Origin: Vicugna vicugna | Lineage: Eukaryota | DNA length: 64,000 nucleotides | Direction: 5' to 3' | Assembly (NCBI GenBank): GCA_013265495.1 | Contig: MU058781.1 | Span: 9,281,009 to 9,345,008 of the forward strand | Part shown: piece after piece, positions 1 through 12,099 of the stretch | How the letters are laid out: the number at the start of each line of letters is the position of its first letter | Numbering within the stretch: the first letter of the stretch is position 1 | The notes under the pieces: generated by a model | Told to the model about the DNA's origin: nothing | Databases searched by the model: none | The model's input: the letters and a program-made list of their open reading frames with translations, nothing else | Made by a program: the position numbers and the translations under genes

Positions 1-1316
1 GACAGCTAGTGAGTAAGTGCAGAAAGGCAGCCCAACTCTACATGGTTGGGAGAAAGCATAAAAACTTGAACATTCAGCACTGCGCTAGGGAAGGCAAATG
101 AAGACAGTCAGTAGAGACTGCAGGAGGTGAATGCTTCTTCAAATGCAAAGATAGCAAAGTAAGACTTCAAGAAACATGAAAACACAAGGAAATATGACAC
201 CACCAAATGAACACAATACTTTCCCAGTGACCAATTCTAAAGAAATGGAGATCTGCAATTTGCTTAATAAAGAACTGAAAATAGTTGTTTTCAGGAAGCT
301 CAGTGAGCTACAAGAAAACAAAGGAAGACAATTCAATGAAATCAGGAAAACAATACATAAACAAAATGAGAAATTTAACCGAGACATAGAAATCATAAAA
401 AAGAACTAAGCAGAAAGCCTGGAGTTGAAGAATATAACGGATGAAATGAACAATGCAATAAAGAGCATGACCAGCAGACTTGATTAAGCAGAACAAAGAA
501 GCTGTGAAGTATATTCAGGTCATTTGAAATTATCTAGTCAGAGAAAGACAAGGAAAAGAGATTTAAAAAGAGTGAAGAAAGCCTATGTGAATTATGGAAT
601 ATCATCCAGAAAAACAATCTACAAATTTCTGGAGTACCAGAAGGAGAATAGAGTGAGAAAGAGACAAAAAAATTAAAGAGATGATGGCTGAGTACTTCCC
701 AGATTTGGGGAGAGATGTCAACATCCAAGTTGATGAAGCTCATAGGTCCTTAAAAAGATACTACTCAAAAAGATCTTCTCTAAGACAGGCTATAATAAAA
801 TGGGCTAAAATCAAAGATAAAGAGTGTTTTTGAAACCAGCAAAGAGAAAAAAACTTCACATACAAGGGGATCCCCATAAGGCTATTAGCAGATTTCTTAG
901 CAGAAGCCTTGCAGGTCAGAAGAGAGTGGGATAATATAGTCAGAGCACTGAATGAAAAAAAATTGCCAACCAAAAAGACTTTACCCAGTAAAACTGCCCT
1001 TCAGAAATGAAGGCGAGATAAAACTGTCCCAGACAAATAAAAGCTTATGGAGCTCATCACCACTAGACCTGCCTTATAAGAAACAGTGAAAGGACTTCTT
1101 CAAGCTGAAATGAAAGGGCACTAATTAGTAATATGAAAAGATATAAAAATACAAGATGCATCGATAAAGGCAATATATAGTCAAATTCAGAGTACTCTAA
1201 TACTGTAGTATGGTGATGTGTTAATCAACTTCAATCTAAAGGTTAAAGGACAAAATATTAAAAATAACTATAGCTACAATAATTTGTGAATGGATACACG
1301 ATATAAAAAGGTATAA

Positions 1317-1372
1317 ATCGTGATATCAAAAATATGAAATGAAGATCGAGATATCAAAAACATGAAATGAGG
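1317..1372 (+). repeat. 28-bp tandem duplication inside the L1 inter-ORF region
   Basis: ATCGTGATATCAAAAATATGAAATGAAG is followed directly by ATCGAGATATCAAAAACATGAAATGAGG (3 mismatches). Confidence 0.85.
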
Positions 1373-1401
1373 GTAGAGTTTTTGTATATGATCAAAGTTA
1401 C

Positions 1402-1521
1402 AGGAAGAGGGTGTAGCTCAGTGGTAGAGTGCATGCTTAGCATGCACAAGGTCATAGGTTCAATCCCCAGTATCTCCATCAAAAGTAAATAAGTAAACCT
1501 AATTACCTCCCCCCACAAAAC
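1402..1521 (+). mobile_element. tRNA-Ala-derived SINE (camelid Vic-1-like) inserted in L1
   Basis: Box A TAGCTCAGTGG, anticodon-like CTTAGCATG, box B GGTTCAATCC and tail AAATAAGTAAACCTAATTACCTCCCCCC. Target-site duplication TGATCAAAGT at 1389-1398 and 1522-1531. Confidence 0.88.
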
Positions 1522-2156
1522 TGATCAAAGTACGTTATCAGCTTAAAACAGAATGTTATGACTATAAGATTTTATGTAAGTTTCATAGTAACAACAAAGC
1601 AAAAACCTACAATAGACACACAGAGATAAAGAGGAAGGAATTGAAGCATACCATTATGGAAAATCATCAGTTCACAAAGCAAGGCAGCAAGAGAGAAAGG
1701 AAGGAACAAAGGAGCTACTAAACAGCCAGAAAACAATTAGCAACATGGCCTTATTAAGTCCTTACTTATTGATAATTACATTAAATGTAAATAGATTAAA
1801 TTCTCTAATCAGAAGGCATAGAGTGGCTGAATGTATGAAACAGGAACACCCAACTATCTGCTGCCAACAAGAGACTCACTTCAGCTTTAAGAACATACAA
1901 ATGCCCAAAGTGAAGGAACGAAAAAAGACATCTCATGCAAACCTTCTAAAGAGAAAACAGGTAGTTATATTAGACAAGATAGACTTTAAGTCAAAAACTG
2001 TAACAAGAGACAAATAAGGTTATTATATGATGATAAAAGGAGTCAATTCAACAAAAGGATGTAACAATTGCAATATATATGCACCTGACAGTGGAAAAAT
2101 GAAATATATTAAGTAAACACTAACTGATCTGAAGAAAAAAAAACAAACACCACAAT

Positions 2157-2505
2157 AACATTTTTCCAAAGAGGGCATGCAGATGGCCAACAGGTACATG
2201 AAAAGATGCTCAACATCACTAATCATCAAGGAAATGCAAATGAAAACCACAATGAGATTTCCCCTCACACCTGTCCGAATGGATATCATCAAAAGGAACA
2301 CAAACAACAAATGCTGGGTAGGATGTGGAGAAAAGGGAACCCTCATACACTGTTGGTGGTGTGTAAGTTGGTGAAGCCACTGAGGAAAGCAGTGTGGAGG
2401 TTTCTCAAAAAACTAAAAACAGAACTACCATATGACCCAGCAGTTCCTCTCCTGGGCTTAGATCTGAAAGGAACAAGAATACTAATTCAGAAAGATACAT
2501 CTACA
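2157..2505 (+). mobile_element. LINE-1 ORF2 C-terminal (cysteine-rich) fragment
   Basis: Translates to [34 protein letters not shown]...[16 protein letters not shown], then (shifted frame) [32 protein letters not shown], the CCHC region of mammalian L1 ORF2p. Confidence 0.92.
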
Positions 2506-2544
2506 ACAACAACAGAGGGAAAAAAAGGGAAAGAAAAGAAAGAT

Positions 2545-4450
2545 GAAAACAACGTTCCTATCCTTAGAGAGTTTACAGTGTAGTGAGGAACACAGCTGAG
2601 TGAATAGGCAACTCGTGTACAAGGTGAGACGTCCTTTAACAGGGAAATGGCAGGGGGCTCTTTTTAATAACAGGTCCCTAGAACTGAAAGAGCAAAGAAA
2701 GCTTCTCAGCACCAAACTGAGATCTGAAAAGTTTACTGTGGTGATGATATTATCAAATTTGCATATTTGAAAAGATCACTGCCTGAAGGGAAGAGAAAGG
2801 ATGGAAGGGGGACAATACTGCAGGGAGGCAGGAGACTGCCGCAGTGACCCCGGTTAGAGAGGACGGCAGTGGGTAGCGGGGTAATGGCAGGAAAGCTGAA
2901 GAGAAGTGGCCAGATTCTCAAGATGATTATGAAGTAGAATTAATAGAATTTGGTAATTGCCTGGAAGAAGAAGAAGAAAGGAAGGGATTGGAAAGAAGGA
3001 CTGTGTCTTACTTTGCTTTTCCCCAGAAACTGACCTCAAAGAAAAGGTTCAAGTGCAAGTAGTTCATTTGAGAAGAACAGGGAATCTGGGTAGGAAAGTG
3101 AGGAAGTGATAACAGAGAAGGAAATGGAGCCAAGAAAGAAAGAGTGCTTTATCAAGCCAACTATGCTATTAATGTCATGGAGAAATCCTGGGAAATGGTG
3201 TAAAACAAAAGTCTCAGAGTTCTTCCACCCAAGAGGTTGAAGAGCTGGGGAATTTATAAGCCAATTGCCATGAGTCATTGGCTGATGGGTTTAATTCCCC
3301 AGCATTTCCAGTCTGCTCTGCACATGCAGAGAAGCTTACTATTGCTTCTTAAGAGGTCCTGGGCGAAAAAGACACAGATCCAGGCCTTTGGGAATGGATA
3401 GAATTATATGGAATGCTGAGGCCCAAAGACTATCTGCCGCAGATGACACTCAGTCTCCGGTGGGGGTCAGTGGGGTAAGGATGAAGTGGGGTAAGGGAAA
3501 CCCATGGGGTGAAAGCAAGACAGAATGGTACTGGGGAGCAGAGATTATGAATTTGATTTTTGACATGGTACATTAGAGATGCCTGTGGGACATCTAAGTG
3601 AAGGTGTTTGGTAGAAAGTTGGATATATGAATGAGTCTTTGGAGAGCAATCTGATCTAGAGTTATAGATTGGGAAACTGTCAGCATGTAAATTCATGAAA
3701 TCCAATGAGAAATTGTATAGAGCAAAGAACAAAGATGGTTAAGGGCAGAAACCAAAGATTACCAATATTTAAGGGACAGTGAAAGGAGGAGAAATCTGCA
3801 AATAGTTGAAAAAAAACTGAAGGTGAGTATCAGGTTAAGGGAAGAGTTTTGGTGAGAGAAGGACTGTTTATACAAATGGAAGAGACTTAAAATTTTGATG
3901 GGGAAGAGCCAATGAAGGGGATGGAGAATGAAGGGAGAGGAGAAGTGATTAAAAGGCATGGAGATTTCTAGAAGACAGAAAGGGGACTGAGTCCAGAGAC
4001 AGGGGTTGGGAGTAGAAACTGAAGACTTTACATGGACTTTGTTTCCTTTGTTGCATGCAGGAAGGAGAAAAGTGATGGGTGCAGATCAAAGCTACTTTGC
4101 AGATTTGGTGGCAGGAAGTTAAGAAGGTACCTGTGTATTTTCTCCATAAACCAAGAGTTGAAGAGAAAGGTGTGAAAGGGGGAATCTGTGATATCACGGG
4201 ATTAAGGAGTTTATGGCTAGAATGAAATGCGTCGGCAGGGAACTGAGAGAAAGATGAAGAGAAACACAGCTGTGTGGTTTCCTCTCACAGTGCTCAGCTG
4301 CCCGGGTGTGAGCCCAGAGACTAAATAGTTGGACTGTTTCAATATTGGGCTTCAACAAGTAGGTGGAAGAGAAAGACGGCAGGGCAAGAGAGTTGCAAGG
4401 TGGCTAAAGTGAGGATAACAGAAAACCGAAGCACACAGGGAAGAATGAAA
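2545..4450 (-). mobile_element. Ancient L2 LINE fragments, interrupted by an LTR
   Basis: Purine-rich + strand with L2-antisense-like motifs such as GATGCCTGTGGGACATCTAAGTG...GTTGGATATATG...GTCAGCATGTA. Recognised by eye; boundaries approximate. Confidence 0.6.
3002..3360 (-). mobile_element. ERVL solo LTR, LTR33/LTR16-like
   Basis: TGTCTTACTTTGCTTTTCCCCAGAAACTGACC...AAGTGCAAGTAGTTCATTTG resembles the reverse-strand 3' end of LTR33 and the similar copy at 63840. Confidence 0.5.
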
Positions 4451-4758
4451 GATAGGAGGGAAAGGAGCCATTCCCAGGAATGGTGGTCTAGGTTCCAATC
4501 AAGGGATTCTATTTCCAGGGCTTGGGGTGAGGAGAATGCCCGCTAGGAGGGAGACTAGTCATGGACAGGGAACTGAAAAGTGATGAAAATTGACCGACAT
4601 GGACTAGCTTCTCATGGCAGAGGGATGAAGGAAGAGATGGCTCAGAAACAGAGGAGGAAGGAAACAAGGCTACCACGGCTGAGATGAGAACCGGCTGGCC
4701 CAGAGTCTAAGGAGCTAATGCTGTGGTCAGGATACGTCCACTGTTCTTCCCGTCCCTC

Positions 4759-5204
4759 TATTCTGGGCTGAATTGTCTTCTCCAAAAACATATGCTGAAG
4801 ACCTAGATCCTTATGAATGTGACCTTCTTTGGAAACAGGGTCTTTGCAGATGTAATCAAGTTAAGATGAGGTCACTGGGGTGGCCCCTAAGCCAATATGA
4901 CTTACAAGAAGAGGAGGAAAGACACAGATAAAGACACACAGGGAGAACACCATGTGACAACGGAAGCAGAGACCGGAGTGATGTGTCTATAAGCCATGGA
5001 ATGCCAAGGACTGCTGACAACATCAGAAGATAAGAGAAAAACCTAGAACAGATTCTTCCCTAGAGCCTTTAGAGAGAGAACATGGCCCTGCTGACACCTA
5101 GAGATCAGATTCTAGCATCTGAAACTGTGACAGAATAGATTTTTGTTGCTTGAGGCCATCCTAATTATAATATTTTGTTTCAGTGACTGTAAGAAACTCA
5201 CACA
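4759..5204 (+). mobile_element. ERVL-MaLR solo LTR (MLT1B/C-like)
   Basis: Characteristic MLT1 blocks: GGGCTGAATTG...GAATGTGACCTTCTTTGGAAACAGGGTCTTTGCAGATGTAATCAAGTTAAGATGAGGTCA...GGCCCTGCTGACACC...AACTGTGACAGAATAGATTT. Confidence 0.85.
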
Positions 5205-6479
5205 CCTTTTGTTCTTATATATGTCTTAGCCTGTGTCATGAGACTATTTCCTAATGTCTCAGGGAACCAACAGAGGTCAGACTGTGGTTGACAAATACTG
5301 GGGCAATTCTCCATTTCTAATTAGAAATTGGACATTTTCATTATTAAGTGATGTTTTCAGCTCTCATCCAGTGATACAGTAATTCAATGCACTGTTATTC
5401 CCAAGCCAGGATGTCTAAAGGTTAAGTTCATCCAATAGGAAGAGAACTAAAAAGAAAGGCAAAATGCCTTGTATGTAAATTTAGAAGTGTCAGGATATTT
5501 TAGACTAGAGTCAATCATAGTGCCAGAATATCTGGTGTTTACTGTATTTTTTACTTTTAAAAGGAAGTCAGTGCACTTTTTCTGGTGACAGTACGTGCCC
5601 ATTTTGTGTACTAGAATTTTTTTTTTCACAGCAATATTGACATACGATTTAATGTTCCCATCTCTGCTGAATGATTTGGCACAAACAATGCATGTATGTG
5701 CCAATGAATGAGATCCACGTGAGCCCCTTCTCCCTCTCTCACTAATGCACATGTACACACAGAGAAGACAGAAAATATATGATTATTTTTCATGAGAACA
5801 AATATTGAGAATAATGATTTAATCAACGAATTAATGAATTAATAATACCCTATGGATTGTTCCCCAAAGGCTCAAAATCAGGATTCTTTTATCAGCCAAA
5901 GACTTGATGAAAATTAGAGATTTTTCATGGCCTTCAAATTCTGTTAGGTTTTCAGCTTTATACCAATTACTTAAAACTTAAAGTTACAAACAGTTTATGT
6001 AAGTCGGGGAGGCAAACACAACCACCCTCAGAAGTTGGGCAGGTAATAAAAATAACTGAAGCAGGCCAGATTGTATTCTTGGGACGTCTTTTGTTTACAC
6101 ATTAAACACCCAGTTTCTCTTCCACCCAGAAACATGTTTTCTCCCACTTTTCCTGAAACACAAGGCCCTGCTCAGTCTCTCTCTCATTTTTTCATCTTTG
6201 CAGAGGCACGACTATAAAATTACTTCAGAATTATATAAATTCTGAAAAGAGACCAACAGGGCAAGCACGAGGCAGGCTGGCTGAGGGGGCTAAGGCCTCA
6301 GTGGTGAAGAGAACACAGTGAGGAGCTGGGGACACAGGCTCCAGTAAGGGGAGCAGGGCTTCCCGGGCTCCAGCTGGTCTACCCAAGTAGGACTGTGTGG
6401 CCAGCATGGGGCACAGACCAGTTTTTAAAGGAGTTTTATACAAAATCTCCAGATTTCTAAATGTTAGACATTAATTTCT

Positions 6480-8500
6480 TTTCTTCTCTTTTCTTTCTTT
6501 TATTTATTTTTATCTATTTGTATTAATCTTTTAGTGGTTTAGTGGCTACACTAACAATTTGCATATGCACCCTTGACTTATTATAGTTTACTTCTTAAAC
6601 AATGCCAGAAATTTACAGCAGAAACTCCATTCACATCCCTTCCACTCTGCACTATTGTTGCCATATATTTTACTTCCATATATAAACCCATAAGACATAA
6701 TTATCATAATTGCTTAAACAGTCAATATTCTTTAATATTTATGAACATACTTACCCCTTCTTATGCTTTTCATTCTTCCTGTGCTTCTGTGTTTTTATCT
6801 GAAATTATTTTCCTTCAGCCTGAAGAATTTCTTTTAATCCTTCCTACAGTGTGTGTCTGCTGGAAACAGAATCTCTTAGCTTTTGTTTGTCTAATTTCTT
6901 TTTCTTTTTAACCTTCATTTTTGAAGGATATTTTTTATTTGATCGAATTCTAGATAGTTTGTTTCAAATTTATCTTTCAACACTTTAAGAATGTAATTAT
7001 ATTGTCTTTTGACATCCATAATTCCTGTTCAAAAGTCGTAATTTTTATTTTTTTATTCTTTTAGTATAATGTGTCTTTTTTTTCCCTCTGGCTTTCTCTT
7101 GCTTTTAAGAGATGCACTTAGGAATAGTTTTGTTTTTAAATTCCTTGAGGTTCACTAAGATTCTTGGATTTATATCTATCACTAATTTTATAAAATTTCA
7201 TCATCATCTCTTCAAACATCAACTCTGACTCATTCTCTCTTCTCTCCTTATAAAACTTTAATAACTCAATGCTAAACCATTTGTCTGTATCCCTCATATC
7301 TCTAGCACTCTGTTCATTCTTTCCATTTCTTTTTTCCTGTACTTACATTCATGTATTTTCTATTGACCTGTTTTTGGATTCACTAATCCTTATTTTCCAG
7401 TTTTATGTAAAACATATTCAATGAGTTCTTAATTTAAGATAGTCTACTTAATATTTCTAAAATGGCCATTTGTTCCTTTTTTAAAGACTCCAGTTCCCTG
7501 TTTAAATACTTTATCTATTCATCCTTTTCCATATTTTCTTCTATTAAACATAGTTATAGTAGTTAAAGTCCATGGCAGCCAACTCCAACATCTGGATGAT
7601 CTATGGGTCTGCTTCTGTTGTCTATTTTTTTCTCTTGATCAATTAAATTTTTCCTGCTTCTCTGCATATCTTACAATTTGGTATTATATGATGAATATTA
7701 GATTTAAAAAAAAAAACTACAGAGGTTGAAACTGTTGTTCTTTCTCCCTCAGAAAGGGTTTGTGGCTTTGCTTATTAAGCAGACAAAGTGAGAGGCTTGA
7801 GTGACAAGACAAGAATGGTGGTAGTCTGGGTGAGACTCAGTCCATCTGTGGCTTCAAACATCTCGAGGGTCAGATCTTCTGTGTTTATTGCAGACTCCAC
7901 CCTCCAGTGAAACTTTGTCTCTGAAGTACCAGGAGACTTCAAGAGATTTTATTTTGTGTTTCTAGTCCAGTCATTTTCTTGGGCATGGCCTCCCTACAGT
8001 TTTGACTGAGAGGCTGGTGGGTCTGTCTCTGTCTCCGTGACCCTTAATGTGTATATTCTGTGTATATATACACATATATGTATATATTTCTCTTCAATTT
8101 TTTTGCATGCCTCTTCCTCTAGCATGACTTGTTCTGCAACTGATTTTGTCTTTGCGGCTCAGCCTCTTACACTGCCCAAGCACTCAGAAAATATCCCGTG
8201 GGAGAAAATGGCTATTTGATGATCCTGTAAATTCCACTTTGTCCATGGCAATCAACATGGATATTAAAAAAAATTGGTTTTCACCTTATTTGACTATGAC
8301 AGTGTACACCCAGCCTTAGCAGATGCTCCCAGGCAAGAAAATGACCAGCAGCCTCAGCCTCTTCTCTAAACTGTATTTCTTCTAGTCTTAAATTATTCTA
8401 AAAGCTCTCCAGTACTTTTTTTAAACATGACTTTTGTAATCTTTCTAGTTGTGATAGCTTCCTGCTACTACTACATCATACTTAGAAGCAGAAGTGTTCA
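6480..8500 (-). mobile_element. Old L1M 5'/ORF1 region, antisense
   Basis: T-rich + strand with L1M ORF1 antisense motifs (CCTTCATTTTTGAAGGATATTTT, TTTCAACACTTTAAGAATG, GATTCTTGGATT). Boundaries approximate. Confidence 0.6.
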
Positions 8501-8714
8501 TGTCTTTAATGATTTTTTAATCTTAATGTGGTTAAAAAAAACAAAGAATAATATCCTAAAGTGTTAGTCAAGGTTAAATTTTTTCCCTGGAAGAATATAG
8601 TTTTGATTTTAAATGCAGCTGAAAGAAGAATAGGATTTACTTAAAATAAATTCACTTTATAGAAATTTTAGTTGAGCTATATCAATTCCGTAAGTAATGT
8701 GGAGCAGATTTCTA

Positions 8715-9075
8715 TTATTCACTCATATCCATTTTTCTTTTTTCCTAGGGCACAGATGACAGTCATATTTTCAAGCCTTCAGGCAGGGCCATGTGCCTAG
8801 CTGTATCCAATGGGCTATGAGCACAAATGACTTGTGCCCCTTTCAAGAAGAGGCATTTAAGGTTGAGTAAGAGTTCTCTTCACTCTCCCTTTTATGACAA
8901 CCACGAAGGTCACATGTTTAGGTATGGAGCCACTTAGCTGCTTCCCTAAGCCACTGCTGGGCAAGGGAGCCACTCTGGAGAGTTGCTAGGCTCACAGTGG
9001 ACTTGGTATCAAGAAAGAAGTTTACTGTGTAGAGTCATTGAGTTTTCAGGACATGTCCCACATCTCAGTACAGTC
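8715..9075 (+). mobile_element. Old MaLR LTR (MLT1J-like)
   Basis: TTCCTAGGGCACAG...GGCAGGGCCATGTGCCTAG...CCAATGG...AAGTTTACTGTGTAGAGTCATTGAG, a typical MLT1 layout. Confidence 0.5.
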
Positions 9076-9906
9076 CATCCTTATAAAGGCAAATCTAGTA
9101 AGGAATGCCTAAACTAACACAAAAACACAGCATCTTCTCTGACTACTTTTTTTTTAATCCTCCAAATTCTAATATTCTAGAAACTGTTGTTTGGACTACT
9201 AGCTATTGGAGCCAATGGCTATCATAATAAAATTATTTCTAAAGGAAGATTAGCAAAGAATATCCTTTAATTACATGGTATGGCGTTTCCTTTGGAGTGT
9301 TTTTTATTTCTTTGTCATTTTACCCTTGAGGCATATACAAGAAAGGGAACGTATATCAATTCTGAGCTAAGCTATATCATACGTTAAAATTGAAGTAATG
9401 TTAGTAATACCATTGTGCATATTAACATCAGGGACTTTCCAATCTCAAGAAATTAAAGCTGTATGTTTGAAGAGGGAGGCAAATTTTAACCTTTAGCTTT
9501 TCCTTTTCTCATCCACCATACCATACCCACTAGTGGAGAGCTCTACCTTTAAACCTTCCCTTCTCAAAGTGATCTCTTTTTCTCTCTCCTCAACCCCTCC
9601 TGCCCATGTTAAAACCTACTTGAACCTACTAGAAAAGCTACTATAAAGAACTGTACTGTAAGCTATTGTTGCCTACTAGTAGCTCAATGCAACACCTTCT
9701 TGGATAATCTGCATTTTAATTAGAAAATACGTACCATAACCTAAAGGGGTGAGTTGATTGGGGAGGGTGGTAGGTACCAGAAGGGATGATAAACATCTTC
9801 CCCATTTTCCATCAAAGTGCCTTCTTGGGTGGCTACTTATTCAACCTATACTTAACGACCATCCTTGAATAGTCGTTTCTCTAAGGCAGGGCTGTTGGTA
9901 AACATC

Positions 9907-10345
9907 TGTGATGGTTGATTTTACGTGTCAACTTGACTAGGCCATGAGGGACCCAGATCAAACATTGTTCCCAGTGTTTCTGTGAAGGTTTTCTCTAATG
10001 TGGGTGGGCTTCATCCTATCAAAGGCTTGAATAGAACAAAAAGAATGACCCCCCCTCAAGTAAGAGAGAATTCCCCCTGCCTGACTGCATGTACATTGGT
10101 ACATTGTTTTTGTTTTGTTTGGTTTTGTTTTTTCCTGCCTTAAGATTCTAAATGAAACATAAACTCTTCTTGGATTTCAAGCCTCCTGGCCTTTGGACTA
10201 AAACCACACCTTTGGCTTTCCTGGGTCTCCTGCTCACTGACAGCAAATCTTGGAATTGTCAGCCATATTTATTATATACTTGGCCCCTTCTCTGTATATA
10301 CATCTGCTGTTAGTTCTGTTTCTCTGGAGAACCCTGACTAGTACA
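9907..10345 (+). mobile_element. ERVL solo LTR (MLT2-type)
   Basis: Starts TGTGATGGTTGATTTTACGTGTCAACTTGACTAGGCCA and ends TTCTGTTTCTCTGGAGAACCCTGACTAGTACA (TG...CA termini). The 5-bp flanks ACATC and CCATC fit a TSD with one mismatch. Confidence 0.88.
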
Positions 10346-10939
10346 CCATCCCGTGGCATTAGAATTATACCCTGTATGTGACCACTACACTTTCCCAGGG
10401 TCTAGAGAGTTGATACTCATCCCACCCCCAACAATTGACTGAAAGAAATTTACAAGCAGAACCAGTGACCGAAAAGCCAAGATAAGCTAAAGAATCAAAT
10501 AACTGAAGGCATAGTATAGTTGGTCTGTTTACTGATCATAAGTGAATAAATGTTGAAACAATAGCAGAAAATGAGAAGTGAGACTAGGAAGAAGGAAAAA
10601 GAAAAAAAAAAGTAGTGGAGAGAAAGGAGCTAGCCAGGAAAGGCCACAGATGGCAGAAGGAGTGACAGAGGTGACAAACAGCAGTGCCAGGGAGCAGCAG
10701 GTCTCCTGAGAGGAGAAAGAATTTCAGGAAAATCTGGGAAATGGCAAAGGAGCACCACTTGCAACAAGAGTAGATGAGCTGCCTGGGTTATTCAAGTCCA
10801 GCTAACCCCTATATCCACTATAGGTATTGATGAATATATTGCCTGAACTCATAATGAAGATCTGGAGTCATTAAGAAAAGCTGCCTTGTTGGGTGGATTT
10901 GAATTTTAGCATTTATCCCATGGTATTGTAATTAACACT

Positions 10940-11400
10940 ATTCTGTCTTCTCTTACTGCATAACAAGCCACCCAAAACACAGTGATTTAAAACAACAATT
11001 TACTGTTCTCATAATTCTGTGGGTTGTCAATCTAGGGATTCTTCTGCTGGACTCATCTGGGAATCACTCATGTGGCTGAAGTCATCTGACAATCCTACTG
11101 AAGTCCAAGATAGCCTCAGTCACATGCATGGGACACTAGAGCTGGCAGGGCATCACGTTCTCCCCATAGGGCCTTTCATCCTTCAGTAAGACAGATTAGC
11201 TTCTTCAAAACACGATGCCTTTAAGGTTTCAAGTGGACAAACCCCAATAAACGTGCAGGCACTTATCAAGCCTCCTCTTGGGTCATGTTTGCTAATGCCA
11301 TATTGGCTAAAGCAATCCACGTGACCAAATCCAAAGTCAATGGGGGAGAGAACACAAAGGCATAAATATCTGAAGACAGATTTATCAGAATAATCACATC
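10940..11400 (-). mobile_element. Old MaLR LTR (MLT1 family), antisense
   Basis: TACTGCATAACAAGCCACCCAAAACACAGTGATTTAAAACAACAA...CTCATAATTCTGTGGGTTG...CATATTGGCTAAAGCAATCCACGTGACC. Confidence 0.6.
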
Positions 11401-12099
11401 CACTGTGAGTTTAAGACTTTGGCATATCAATAGCATTCCCATTTCTTGCCTGGCACTCTTAGTTTGCAACTCACATCTGGGAAGTACTCCCTGGGGAGAA
11501 TTTTAGAAATTTGGGGATGTTCTAGTGAAATATAGCCTGGGCATTGCACATTTGTAATGTATATTATTGTATTATAAATTGTGTGCCTAGTTTTCCTTTA
11601 TATTTTGGCTTGAGCATTATGTTGATTTAAAAAAATACAGTTTTATGGTCGACGAATTTTCTCTCAGAATGGTAAAGTTACATTACAAAATACTTGTTCC
11701 AACAAGGCAGTGTTCTGAGTCTCATATTTATGAAATTAATGAGTCAAGTTTTGAGTGTTCAGGAACTAGGTTTCAGTTACTCACCAGCCATTCTAGCCCA
11801 GATTAAGTACCACTAAATTATTATTTTTAAATTATTGTTGTTAATTTCTATCTGTGTTGTGAGAATGGGGGACAGGAAGCACGGGGCTGGGGGGGGTAGG
11901 ACAAGGAAGGGTCACTCAGACTTCAGGAAGCAGAAGAAAATCACCAACCTTTCATACCTTACTCTGCCAGACGCAACACCTCTCCAGACCCTCAAACTGC
12001 CTCAACCACCCTCCTTGGCATGGCGAATTTTCTTATAAATTATCGTTCGAATTGTGAATTTATTACACAATATACACAACAGAACAGATGGTGCAGTTC

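Larger units (their letters stand above)
139..2156 (+). mobile_element. Degenerate LINE-1 5' part: ORF1 remnant, inter-ORF region and N-terminal endonuclease region of ORF2
   Basis: ORF fragment 176-409 has L1 ORF1-like coiled-coil sequence (ELKIVVFRKLSELQEN). Fragment 1745-2017 reads IITLNVNRLNSLIRRHRVAE...ICCQQETH...ILDKIDFKSKTVTRDK, matching the L1 APE endonuclease (LNVNGLN, CLQETH). The + strand is A-rich, with many stops and frameshifts. Confidence 0.88.

Noticed and set aside
1407..1478. Possible tRNA-Ala(AGC) gene (also at 46445 and 32750)
   Set aside because: Mispaired stems, a shared non-tRNA tail, A-rich ends and target-site duplications identify these as SINE copies.
176..2583. 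Functional L1 ORF1/ORF2
   Set aside because: Multiple stops and frameshifts, a SINE insertion, and no RT domain.
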